Part shown: positions 46,835 to 59,980 of the stretch, in pieces
Layout: every line of letters begins with the position of its first letter
Numbering within the stretch: position 1 is the first letter of the stretch
Assembly (NCBI RefSeq): GCF_009914755.1
Contig: NC_060929.1
Reading direction: 5' to 3' (one strand)
DNA from: the human T2T-CHM13v2.0 reference genome, Homo sapiens
Length of the DNA: 64,000 nucleotides
Made by a program: the position numbers and the translations under genes
The notes under the pieces: model-generated
Seen by the model: the letters and a program-made list of their open reading frames with translations, nothing else
The model's database searches: none
Told to the model about the DNA's origin: nothing

Positions 46835-47307
46835 CAAATCAACCACTCTTAATAGTAAATTCTTTATAAATATTGACTATTGTGTACATTTAAGTTGTTT
46901 ATTACTTTTCACTGTTAAAAATAGTTTTTCCTCACACAATTTCTAAGGATGCTTCCTAATGACAGCAAAATGCAATTTTCTAAAGAAATTTATCCAACTT
47001 GATAAAACCAAGAGTCCTTTACTTAGGACAGGTATATGGGGTAGTGGTAAGAGCTTCCCTAATCCCTGTTTGACACAAATTTTCTTGGAAGCAAGGAAAG
47101 TAGAACCATATTCCCAAGAAGCATTCTCTTGGTGAGGCAGAATAGAAGAAAGAATAAATACTATGAGAACATTTTAGGGACAGTCCTGAATAGTAGTCGA
47201 GTAGTAAGGGCTCCAAAAGAACTTACATTCCTTCCTTTGTCACTGGAAAATCCCAGTTAGCTTTGAATAGGGCGTTGACTCTACCCCCATATTAATATTT
47301 TTAGACA

Positions 47308-47708
47308 GTGTTATAGATTGAATTGTGCTTCCTCAAAATTTGTATGTTGAAGCTGTCACTCCCAATGTGTCTGTATTTGGAGATAGGGCCTTTAATGATG
47401 TAATTAAGGTTAAATGAGATCATAAGGATAGGGCTATTATCCAGTATGACTGGTGTCTTTGTAAGAAAAAGACTAGCTACCAGGTGTCTGCTTTAATAGA
47501 GAAAACCTATGAGACAAGACCATCTAAAAGCCAAGGAGGGAAGCCACAGGAGAAACCAGCCCTGCGGACAACTTGATCTTGGACTTTCAGCTTCCAGAAC
47601 TGAAAGTCTGGAGGCTGTTGTTGAAAATCTGGAGGCTATTGTTGGTGGCTGTTGTTTAAGCCACCCAGTCTGGCATTTCGTTAATGGCAGCCCTAGCAAA
47701 CCGATACA
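47308..47708 (+). mobile_element. MLT1B-like MaLR solo LTR
   Basis: tgttatagattgaattgtg...ggcagccctagcaaaccgataca. Confidence 0.88.
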
Positions 47709-47758
47709 TACAGTTTTCTCCCTTTCCCTTCCCCTTCCCCTTCCCATTTTAGTAGTAG

Positions 47759-48180
47759 TGCAGTAGGCAGAATAACAGCTCCTCACAGATAGAAACTGCT
47801 ACTCTGTGGACTGTGTAAGCATTACCTTAAAAGGAAAAAAGATTGGGAGACTATCCCGGGTTATCTAGGTAGGCCATAAGCACAATAATAAATGTCCTTA
47901 TAAGAGAGAGGCAGAGGGAGATTTGACACAGACATACATAAGAGAAGGTGGTACGATCACTAAGGTAGAGACTGGGATAATGGCCACAAGTCAAGAAATG
48001 CTGGCAGCTAGAAGGAGGAAGAGGCAAAAAGCAGATTTCCAAGAGGGAATATAGCCCTGCTGACTCCTTGTTTTCTGCCCAGTGAAACTATTTTGGACTT
48101 TGTGAGGGAATGTATTTCTTTTTGTTTAAGCTATTGAGTTTGTAGTAATTTGTTTTCAGCAGCCATAGGTAACTAATGCA
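47759..48180 (+). mobile_element. MLT1C/D-like MaLR solo LTR
   Basis: tgcagtaggcagaataa...cagcagccataggtaactaatgca. Confidence 0.85.
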
Positions 48181-49266
48181 AATAGCTGCTGAAAATACCA
48201 AATACTTTTCTGTGTCTAATGATGTAATCTTATGGTTTTGAATCATATGATGTTTGCTTTCTAATTTGTGAAAAAATCATATCGATTACTTTGCTATTTT
48301 TTTGTAAACTGCCTCTTTCTGGTATTTTTTTCAAACACTGATGGATTTGATAATATTTTGATAGAGTTTTTTATTAAGGAATTAAATAGTCTCTACTTTT
48401 TCTTTTTTATACTGTCTTTGTCAGGTTTGGGTCATAAGGTTATATGTTAAATTGTTTTGGATACATAGTCGGAGCCCAGGTTATTCTAATCTTGAAAGTC
48501 AGTTATCAAAGCTGAAGCTTTCTATGATAGACAATTGGGAGATAATTTTGGTTCTTAAGTAGAAGAAACCATATTAAAGTGTGTTTTTTAAGATAATAAG
48601 ACATAACAGTACATCCAAAAATTGTTTGTAGGTACCTAGGGAGCAAAATCAGGCATAAAGTCTCAGATAACAATCTAGGTACTGAGTTTCTCAAACACAT
48701 TCTGTCTCATTCATGTTCTTCAGGAGTGAAGACTACGTGAATTGAGTTTTGGGGGATTTAATCAGGAAGTAAAGGAATTCTAAGCCCCTAGAGAATGTCA
48801 CAGTAGATGACTGAGAGGTGATCATGTTTATCTTTTCCCTGTAATTCTTTTCATTCCATTTTTTTTTTCTTTGGAAGAGGTGAACATCGTAGATAATAAA
48901 CTTTGGGAGTGTTAGGGGATGGAAGGGAACATGTCTGTATAGGTCAGAGTTTCTGAGGTTGGTAGCCTTGGACTTTTTGTGAGAGAAAGAAGAGTAGAGT
49001 TATAAGGATCCAGGGATACATATGCAACCCAAGCATTGTATAAACACTGGAAAAATAATATAACTCACACGTCTGTTATTCCACATTTTCAAATGTACTT
49101 AATTACTTTGTAAATCTAAATCATCAACTGAAAAATTATGTTTCTAAATTTGTGGCACCTGTAGTTAATGCTTTCAAACAACAAATAATAACAGCTTATA
49201 CCTATTACCCTATGGGAATCTGTAGAGTGGGTTTAAAAAATTATTTTAAAGGGACCATCTTTTAAA

Positions 49267-49888
49267 TGAAACCCTCCCTATAAACTTATAAAATTAATCA
49301 GGGAAGAAGGGATGGGGAGAAACAAAAACCAAGCTTGCAGCACATTCAGCGTTAATCACTAGGTCAGGCTTGCTCTCTGGTCTGCTTCTTCATAGTTGTT
49401 TGGTGCCTATTGTCCTACGATCACAAAGACCTTAGATTATAATTCTCCTTAACTGCTCCATAGAAAACAACTTGAACATTATGAAACATTAAGTTTTCCC
49501 TTTGAGATACTCTTTTTTTTTTTTTTTTAACTGTTCCAAAGGCACATTGGCACCTTTGAGATACACTTTCAGGTCCTGCATACCAGTGAAACTACAGGCA
49601 CCAGCTGGTCTGACGGTGAGCTGTCTCAGCAAATGCACTCGGTATCTTCATGATTTCATCTCCCTTATTCCAACCAATCAATGACCCCAAATTTCCAGCC
49701 CCTTGCCCTCTACTATCTCCTTAAAATCCCCAGCCCAGAACTCCTCTGGGAGATGGATTTGAGGGTCTCCTCCCATCTCCTTTCTCAGCCACCCTGTGGT
49801 TATTAAATTCTTTCTGTGTTACAAACCCTGCTATCTCAGTATATTGGTCCGTTACTGTAGATCAGGCGTACAAATTTGTTGGTCTTGA
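49267..49888 (+). mobile_element. ERV1 solo LTR (LTR26-like)
   Basis: tgaaaccctccctataaacttataaaattaatcagggaagaaggga... matches recalled LTR26 start; ATTAAA near 49802. Confidence 0.8.
49513..49552 (-). mobile_element. Tiny L1-mediated retro-insert (24 nt plus A16) with 16-bp TSD
   Basis: cctttgagatac[t/a]ctt at 49499-49514 and 49553-49568 flanks T16 plus aactgttccaaaggcacattggca. Confidence 0.85.
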
Positions 49889-51110
49889 ATCTAAACACCA
49901 GTCCCTTAATCTTATTACTGAGGATACTCTTGGCTATGTAGTTACTCATGGTTACATTGCTAGTTAGTTACAGAACCCTGGTGAGAGCCTGTGTTTTCAA
50001 GATCTCTTAGAAATGCTGTGAAGAAAAGGTCTTAGGTTTAGGTCTTAGTAGTAATTATTTGGTTTGACTTTGGAAAAGTGTAGATACCTGCATCTCCTCA
50101 CTGTGGGCTATGCACAGATGAAATGTAGCATTATTACGTTTTGAAAGGTGCAGGATAGCTTCTGTTTTTCAACATTATGCTTTAGTTGTTCTAGCCACCA
50201 TTCTTTATTTAAATGAGTAGGAAGCCAAGAGCAAAGTAAAGATGGATTTTTGGAGTCCTTTGCTTATTTTCCCACATTTTTTCTTACCAGAGAACACATA
50301 ACATAGACAGGTAGATAGGAAGGGAGGGAGGTAGATAGGCAGGCAGTTCAACCAGAAAAAAATCAAGCCTGTTTTAGCAGGTTGTGAAAAGATGAACTGA
50401 ATCTGTCAATGTCCGCATCTTCTTTAGTTACCAGGAGTGGATGTGGGTAAGCCTTGGTGCAGCAGATAATACTGATAAGTGTATATGTTCCAAATAGAGA
50501 TGTGGTCATAGGAGGAAAAAGAATGTTAATGCCATCTGGGATGTTAAGAAGTTAGGGAAGGACACAGAGCATAATTGAGATGAAATTGTAACTTCTTACT
50601 CTCTTCAGTGATAGTCAAATCTAATTTAAGTCTGTTACTCTATTCTCATGAAAACATTCTCAAGAGTTGAAGAAAATAAATAGTAAGGCAGTCTGTATGG
50701 ACCTTAACAAAACTTAGTTTTGACTATTGGAATTAAATTTTAATATTTTAATTTGGAAATCTCATCCTGAAATCTCTTTTGGTAAAAACATGGAATCTTT
50801 TTAGTATGAATTAGAATTATTCTGGTCAACAATTATAGTTTCTGTACCCATTAGGGTATCAAAGTCTTATATTCAAATTATATTAAATTGACTCATTGAC
50901 TCATCTAGTTCAGTGGGAATATGATTTTAGAAGTAGAATAAAGTCTACTTGTATTTGTAAAGTTGACACAATGTTTTATGAGGGAATTTAATGTTCTTTT
51001 CAGGAACATGAGGCTGGACAGAAAGATAATCTTACAAGAAATTATCTCAGTTTTTCATTTTGGCCTTTTGTTCACAAAAGAGCTAGAATTCAAAAGAAAA
51101 CAACATTTAG

Positions 51111-51419
<309 letters not shown>

Positions 51420-51824
51420 GCCCTTTTTAATACTATGGTTATTTTAGTTGATATCTTCAGATTGCTCTTGATTGGAGTATATAAAATATGTCATAGATTG
51501 TGTTATTTTAATTTTACTTGTCTATGTTCTTATTTCTTTGAAGTTGCTATTTTTCACTATATTTTGCTGTCACCTATAAATTATAAATATTAGTCTTAAC
51601 AGAAGTCAGATATTTTCTATATTGGATTTTTTTTTGAAAAAAAGGAGATAGGATAAAATGTAAGGAAATCAAATCTAGGAACTAATTTAGAAAAGTCAGA
51701 GGATTTTTATTTAGTATTGAGAAGTATAAGATAAGTTAAATGTATACACCAGAGAAAAAAAGTTCTTATTACAATGTAATATGTGGAACAAAAAAAAATA
51801 GTAAGGATATGGCTATCTATATTT

Positions 51825-52250
51825 TATTTTAATGTTTATTTAACAAATATTTACTCAGCTCCAAATTAGGTACTAGAAACTGTCTCAGACTCTGGGAATA
51901 TATTTCCACACATCCTGGTCAATGAAACATTAAATTTCTAATTAGAAATTTTAGAAGTTCTAAGAAAGCAAAAAGCTCATGGTGCTTTTGGAACATAGTC
52001 CAGGGAGATTTAACCTAATCCAGAGAAGCTCGGGAAAAATTTGTGCCAGACTATAAGGTGAGACCGTAAGGTTGAGTCAGAGAGGGACAGAAGGGGTTTG
52101 GAGAGAATGTTATTGGAGTGTAGGAATAGTATGTTCAAAAACTCTGAAGCGACTATAATGTATTGTAAGATACCCTGAAAGAAGTTCATGATCGTAGGAG
52201 TGGAGGCAGTGAGAAGAGGTGAAGCCAGACTGGAATGGTTCAAAGGCAAC
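51825..52250 (-). mobile_element. L2 fragment
   Basis: tttatttaacaaatatttactcagc terminus and purine-rich body. Confidence 0.7.
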
Positions 52251-52779
52251 ACTTGAAATTACCTGATTAAAATAAGGCACTCAACATAGCCTTAAGAATG
52301 AAGGTTATTCCATTTGGTATTCTTTGCTGAACTGCTTAACAGTATTTTTATGTTTCCATGTGCTGAATTCATTTTATAAATTTTTTTAAAAGTAATGCAT
52401 GTGTTTGGAGCAGCATTATAAGACCATGGAAATGGTTTTACTGTTTGTCTCTTTTACGTTTTTTAAGAACAAAGCTTCCATTTTCCACTTCCATCTCTTG
52501 GACTATTCATTTAACGGTGATCTTTCTGTTTCTTAATCCAGGTTCTAAGGATTCTGGGGTTGGTAGTTTAACTCTTAATCCTTTTAAAAAATTGAACCAA
52601 TGTATCTTTTCAATGAGAAATAGTTCATAAATCTTGCTACTCAAATAAATCATGAGTCTATATGAGGACTTCAGTTGGGAATTCGTTTATTCCTGTTCAC
52701 TAGAATTAGGAAACTCTATGTAGATAGGAGCCATCTCTGTGTTTACTTACTGTCTCTACAGTTCCCAGCCATTGCCTAG

Positions 52780-53194
52780 TATATTAATCCATTTTTGTTG
52801 GTATAAAGGAATATCTGAGACTGGGTAATTTACAAAGGAATGATATTTATTTTGGCTCATGTTTCTGCAGACTGTACAGGAAGTGTAGTGCTCTCATCTG
52901 CTTCTGGTAAGGCCTCAGGAAGCTTACAATCATGGTGGAAGGCAAAAGGGGAGTTGGCATATCACATGGTGAGAGGAGGGAACAAGGGTCCGGGGCCGCG
53001 GTGCCGCACTCTTTTAAACAACCAGATCTCATATGAACTCAGAGCGAGAACTCATTTATTGTGAGGACAGCACCAAGCCATTCATGAGGGATCTTCCCCC
53101 AAGCCCCAAACACCTCCCTCTAGGCCCACCTCCAGCATTAGACATCCTATTTCAACATGAGGTTTGGAGGGGACAAAACATTCAAACCGTATCA
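52780..53194 (-). mobile_element. MSTB-like MaLR solo LTR nested in an L2 3' end
   Basis: gaagcttacaatcatggtggaaggcaaa...ggggacaaaacattcaaaccgtatca; L2-like flanks 52690-52779 and 53195-53235. Confidence 0.9.
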
Positions 53195-53489
53195 CCCGGG
53201 ATATTGTTGATGAAGTATTTGTTGATTGAATTAATACTAAATTTTGTTGGCATTACATTTTATTTTGACTTTAAATGCTGATGAGTATTTGATAGTTCAT
53301 GGTTCTGTGATAACATTTAGGCTTGTAGTGAATAAAACATTACAATATTGTTTAAATCTTTTCTTTTACATTTAAATAAAAGATGGATAAGAATGTTACT
53401 TTAACATTTTATATAATATCCTTTAACAATCTGTAGGCTAATCTTTAGTTTATGGGGCTTCTAACCCATAATGTAGTTGTACTGATTCT

Positions 53490-54700
53490 TTTGCCATTTC
53501 CAATTTGTTGCTGTGACCATTTGGTGAATATTTTATTTCACTTATTATACTTTTTAGATCTAGAGTTTTCTGTTTTTGTTGTTTCTATTTTTCTCTTGAG
53601 ATTTATTCTGTGTTCACTCACTGATAGCATATTTTTCTTCAGTTCTTTGAATATATTTATAATAGCTTTTTTGAATTACTTTACTTGCTAAATTCAATGT
53701 CTGAGCCCAGTTAGAGTCATTTGTATTGAGTGTATTTTTTCTTAAGTAATTTCCTGAAGACTTTCCTGTTTGTTTTTTTGGGGTTTTTTTTTTTTTTTTT
53801 TTTGCATATGTAGAAATTTCTGGTTGAAAACTAGACATTGGGAAACATATGGTGAAATGACTATGGGTTCTGTCATATTCTTTTGAGGACCTTGGTTTTT
53901 TGTTCTAGTAGGCAATTAACTTCCTTGGGTTGAAACCACAAACTGTCTCCTGTGAGGTATTCAGCTTACACCTTTCCTCTGCTGCTTTGTTAGCCTGAAC
54001 ACCTATAGGTCCCCCTTGTATATGCACAGTGTGGTAGCCCAAAGATTTTGGCAGATGCTCATCTTCTTTGTTGTTTCTTTGTGTCTCAGAATTTCCTCCT
54101 AATTGACAGTAGCCATGCCAGCTTTGGGCCCTATACTCTGACACATCAAGCCTGTCTAGATTCATCTTTCTACCACTCAAGCTGTAAATGATTGAAAAAT
54201 GTTCTCAGTTAATAAAAGAATCACAGATTCTAAAATCTTGTTTTTTTTTTTCTCTCTTCCTGCTTTTTCACTAGGCTTCATAGGCCTCCCTTGCTCATGT
54301 GTAAATTTTGTTGTCAGCTAGGAATTTGTGTAGCTTGTGCTCTGAATTTGAGTCTCGTGCCTTCTGTGATTAGCTTGGTGCTAACATTTTTCCTTTAAAT
54401 TTTCAGCTCTTTTTCCAGCTCTCCACTCCAAGTTCTAGCATCTTTAGCCAGTGCGATGCCATTTTTTTCTTCTCCTTTTTTGTAGCTGTAGCTATGGAGT
54501 TTGGTCAGTGCCTTGCAGCCAGTATGAACTCTCAATTCTTACCCCTTCTAGTTTTCAAAATAAAACTCTCTTCAGCCTTATGTCTGCATTTGAAAGTTTG
54601 AAGTATCTTCAAGTAGTTTGTTTGCTTTAATCTAGTATCTTATTATTGGTATCTCTGGGGTTTTGTATGACCACGTCAGTTTTTCAGCATGATCAGAAGT
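53490..54700 (-). mobile_element. Old L1M 5'/ORF1 remnant
   Basis: T-rich ttctttgaatatatttataatagcttttttgaatt typical of antisense old L1 ORF1. Confidence 0.55.
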
Positions 54701-57700
54701 TAAACTACTTCATCCCTATTGATTTCAAATAGTACATTTAAAACAAGGGCTTCTAAACATTCAATGAAATTCAAATGATGTTTTAGACATTAACTTACAC
54801 CTCAACTCTTCCAAATTTGTAAGTTCATGTTTACACTTTGTACTTCCCTTTTTTTTTTTTTTTTTGAGAACAGCAAATTATATTTCAGCTGATGGACTTT
54901 CCTCAGTTTCTGTTAATTACATGTGTGTCTCTATTTAGTAGTGCATTTAGAGTCACTATTTTTCACTGCTGCAGATATCTAGACATTTGATTGGAAAATA
55001 GTTCGGCATTGAACTTAGTAGCAATATTGGGGGACTTGGGACTAAAAAGCACCAATCAACTTAGAAAACCAAGCCCTGTAGTAACACAAGGGAAAAAAAA
55101 AATTCCTGAAGCCAATACCTTGGGAAATAAAGATAATAGAAATGAAATCATCTAAGTAGATGGCCTTAATATTTCTGGACATGTTCCATAACCCTCACAG
55201 GTAACAGTGGACTGGCATCTGGGAGACAGGACAAAACATAAATGTGGAATTTCAAGGATATTCCTATTTTCTGTTAAAGTTGCAGGAAGTATGAATTACT
55301 AAAGACTTTACATATGGTCAGATTGCTGAGTTTCAGTTTCAAATATTAAACACTCTTTTTCAGACGTTCTCCCATTTCACTCTCATTTCATATGAGTTCA
55401 TATTATTTTATGCCCCAGGCCCGAAGTGTAGATAAGTTTACTGCTCCATTGTATACTGTTTATCTGATTCACTCTCCCCCTCTTTTGCCTTCTGGTGTTA
55501 CAGAGTGGTAAGCAGGAAAGCAGGGTCTGTATCTATCTGTGCTATAGGTTCACTATCCTTGCCATAAATTAAGTTGATCACTTAAAAAGTATCACTACTT
55601 TAGCACTAGATTTAGCTCGCTTTTAACAGAAATTTCATGGTGATCTTTTCTCATTTCAAGGCCCTTGAAATAAGGGCCTTGTTTTCTCGTTAATGGAGCA
55701 TCTCATTCTCCTTCAACAGGGCTTGATTTCCTTTGAACAAACATTATTCTTACCAATAATTCTGATAACTTTCTGGTAATTTAATTGTGGTTATCCAGCC
55801 TCTTTATTCTCCATCAGTTCATTTTAGATATTCTTCTGATTTCCTTTTGTCTTTCACAAGATCTTTGAAATCCCATTTTCTCTACATCTTTAATATGACC
55901 TGAAAAAAATGTTTGTTCAATTTATACATCCTGCCACAAAATAGTACTCTGCTTCAAATTCCACATTTATGTTTTGTCTCCTCTGCCACAGGTAATAACC
56001 CGTCCACTATTACCTGTGGGGGTTATGGAACATGTCCAGAAATACTAAGGCTGCCCACTTAGGTGATTTTATTCTTATTATCTTCATTTTCCAAGGTATT
56101 GGCTTCAGGATGTTTTTTCTCCTTGTGTTTTCTGACTTGATTGGTGATGCCGAGCATTCACACAGCTTTTCAGTTTCTCAGCTTAGAAGCAAGGAATGTT
56201 AAAAAGTTACTATCAGTGCCTTTAATCATGAAAAAGACAAGTAGAAGGAATTAGTTCTCTCACCCAGGGACATCAGTGTGTATGTATACCAGTGGGAACC
56301 AGACATCGTGTCTAGGTAAAATCACTTATCACACTGCAGCTAATTTTTTCACCTGGTAATTTTAGCCAAACTAGGTCATGTTATAAATGTCAGCAAGGCA
56401 AAAGAGAGAATAAAATGTCATCAGAATAATGCACATACATTTCAATGGAGCTTAAAATCTTTTATAGGAAACAGGATTATGAGGTAGGAGATTTTTTTCA
56501 TTGCAGCAGTGAATGTGAATACAGTTACTATGATTCTTAAGGTATTCACTTTGGCCTCATTCCTGCTTTCTTTAAATTAGAAAAAATATCTCAAGTTTGC
56601 TTACAGGTAAGAGTTTTAAGCCAAATAAATAACAGTTATTGTAGTGATTTGGTTGAAAAATAAACTTCTAATTCCCCTTTAAAAACTGAGAAGAAATGAA
56701 ATATAGTGCAACGTCAGCCACAAAATCATTATTTTGATAGCTAACATCATTTGTATTCTAGGCTAGAATTTTAAAATTTAAAGTTCAAAAAATAAAATTT
56801 TATTCACATTGTTGATTTTGCCCAATGACACAAGCTATATGTTAATATTAAATTAATATAGACAAATTAAAGAAAGTACCACATTTATCACTTTCATATG
56901 TAGTAATTTTTATTTCAATAACCAGAATTGTAGGTTTCAAAAAATGTTTGAAAATTTGCTTTAATTAATAGTTTTGACAAAGAACCTTTAATAGACCACT
57001 GCTTTTCTTTTCAAAGTTTCAGTTAAACCTGAAGAAATAATATGGTCCTGCTGTGATTTTTGAATGAATGCTTTTGTGGTTGCATAAATTGTGTTTTTTC
57101 ATGAATATTAGGATTGTAAATGAAAATTAAGTCTGGATTCTGATCCTTTTCCTTTCAAGCTTATTAAAATAAGATCTTTTAGGATCACTGTGACTCTCTC
57201 CTTGTTAGTTTTATGTCATAACTTAGCCCTGATTATAAACAAACTTTAACTGTTTCTTAATTCAGTTTTTTCTTTTGTCATGAGCAAAGAAAAATTACTG
57301 AAATAAATAAGCATTGAGACATATTCTTGTAGTTGAAAACTTAGTGTGGGAATCATATTTTTGACTCCCAGCTCAGGATAGTATTAGGTAGGGTAGATTA
57401 TTTTATCTTCTTGTAAAATAGTGTAAAATAAATATTTGCCTATAGACATTACAGTTTAGAGTAGAGAAGTTTCACATTAGAAAGATGCTGATTCGTCTTT
57501 ACATTTAGGCATAAAAGAGGGAGTACATAGAGAGCATTTATAATTTATCTACTTTAAACATAATTATTTTTTATTATTTCCCTTTGCACTATTTTTAATC
57601 CTACTCATAGAATGAAAGATGAGGCATTGAACTTGTATCTAAGATTGATGATTTGTTTTGAGTCTGGGGCAGACAGACACAGTAATGGCTTAGTCTGATA

Positions 57701-59744
57701 CAGGCATTTTGGGTTCAGTCTCTAGGGACAGGTATTCATATGTAATAAAACCACTTGAACTGGCATTGATTGCCATTGTTGATAATCCTAGCAGGATCAA
57801 CATTGATTGAGTAAATAAAAAGATCGAATTTACCTTCTTCTGGCAAGGCAGGCAGAGAAGCAGGACAAAGCATAAAGACTTGACAGCACTGTAGCATTAC
57901 CTCTATTCAACTGTGCTTCAGAGAAAAGAAGTGGCAATGATTAAGGGTACTGTTCAATTCAGCAAGCAATTATTGAGCAGTTCTGTAGCACAACACTGTT
58001 AGCTGCTAAAGGACTCAAAAGGAGAAGACAGTATGATTTTGCACTAAAGTAGTTTATCATCTAAATTGGAAGACAAACGGTTCATATGTGAAACAGCTAG
58101 AAAACAAATTATGACAGTATATAATTGAGTGTACAGTTGTTCATGCAACAGAATACAAGCACAATTTATTTGTCCAGCAAGTGAAAAGATATATCTTTAT
58201 AATGTTTATAATGTTAAATTTTGTGTGGCAACATAAAGTAACATAGCCTGAGTTAATTCAGGTCTTTGGTTATTTAAGATGAAAAAACCCCCAGCAATTT
58301 AAATGGTATTTATTTAAAATATCCTTTATTTTATTTATCGTCCTTTATTTAGACCACCTAAAAACACTAGATATATGATTATTCATACCTGAGCCCCCCC
58401 CAAAAAAAATCAAGACTAGCTTACTCCCTGTTAATGATTCAATCAATTGAGTATAAACTTTATTAGGTTTTGTTCACTATTGATTCTTTGCCTCATATAT
58501 CATAAAGGTTCATTCTATCTATTTTGCAGTATTTTCCAATGTCTAGGTATTCTGAATTATGTTCACTAAAAAGTAGGTCTCAAAGAGCATCGTAATCTCC
58601 TTAGCTTTGTATAAGGAAGCCATGTAACAAAGCAGCCTTACTACGTTTCTGTTTTTGCTTTTGTTTTATTTTTATCTCCATTACTTGTTAAGTGGTAATG
58701 GTGTAGTAGCATCTTAAAATACCATACTATTAAGATTGAGCCGGGGAACCTTCTCCTATTCTTTGCTCTTCAGATATTTCTCTACTGTAACCCCATAGCT
58801 CTTGAACATCTCATGACATATATCATTGTATTTTAATTTAATAAATTCATTTTTCTATGCACTAGACTGGCTTCTTTGCATTATAACCAGGACTTCACAT
58901 AGATGCTGGTACCTCATAGATTTCTAATAAATACCTGCTGAATTAAGGAAACACAAATTTATGTTCTACATCACGATGTTAGTGAAAATTTGTTGCTGTG
59001 TTTATTTCTCACAATAAATAAACATGGGGTGCCTCCTGTAGTAGTGTCCTATGGGAATCAATTATTGATACCCAGTGATGTAGACAAGTTGTTTTAAAAA
59101 AGAAAAGATTGAAGGAAAGCAGTCTCCTCTTTTACCAGCCCCCACCTCAACTATATAATTTTAAGAAAATTGATATCAAAAGCTGTGATATCCGTTTCTC
59201 TTTACCATCCAAAGTTCTTGAAGTTGCCTTGACAAGCAGAGATTCCTTGAATCAGTCCAAATACATGATATATAGATAAATAATACGTGTGTGTGTGTAG
59301 ACATCTTTAGTAGAAACAGCTTTTCAGATACTGATTTCATACTGTCTTCCTCCTGGCTTTCCATTGACTTATTGATTTCAGATACAGTTTCAAATTGCAT
59401 CTTAATTGTGGGGAGTGGGGATAGTAGCTAGCCTCTGGCTCCTCTTTTTTAAGGTTATTTCTGAGACTGCCTTGGAGTGGTTCAAACCAGAATAAATGCA
59501 GTTTACTGCCTATCACTCCATACTCTTAAGATGGTTTTGCCAGCTTTTAGAGCCTCTCAGATGTTCTAAAATAAGGTCAAGCTGATTCTACATCCTATTG
59601 GTGGTAGGTGTTAGTGATGTCAATTTGGCACAATGTTTTTGACTTGAGATAGAATCATTAATCCAGGGATATCTTGTTAATAAATTTACCGACTACTCAC
59701 TTGGAATTTTTGATGTAGCAGTTTTTAATAATATAGCTTTTTCA

Positions 59745-59980
59745 TGTCAACAAGAGTACATTCTGACTGATTCTATTTATAAAAGTATGCAATACTAATG
59801 TTTAATATTAGAACAGTTAGCAGTAGTTAACTTTGGAGAACAAAAATGGTAGAGGTAAGGGGTCAGTAAGAGGACTTCTGAGGATGCAGGTAATGTATTT
59901 ATTCAGCGAGTCGTGGTTATATGGGTGTGTTTATTTTGTAGTAACTCATTGAGCTGTATGATTGCTATACTTCACTAAAA
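59745..59980 (+). mobile_element. L1ME-like 3' fragment
   Basis: gtggttatatgggtgtgtttattttgtagtaactcattgagctgta. Confidence 0.65.
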
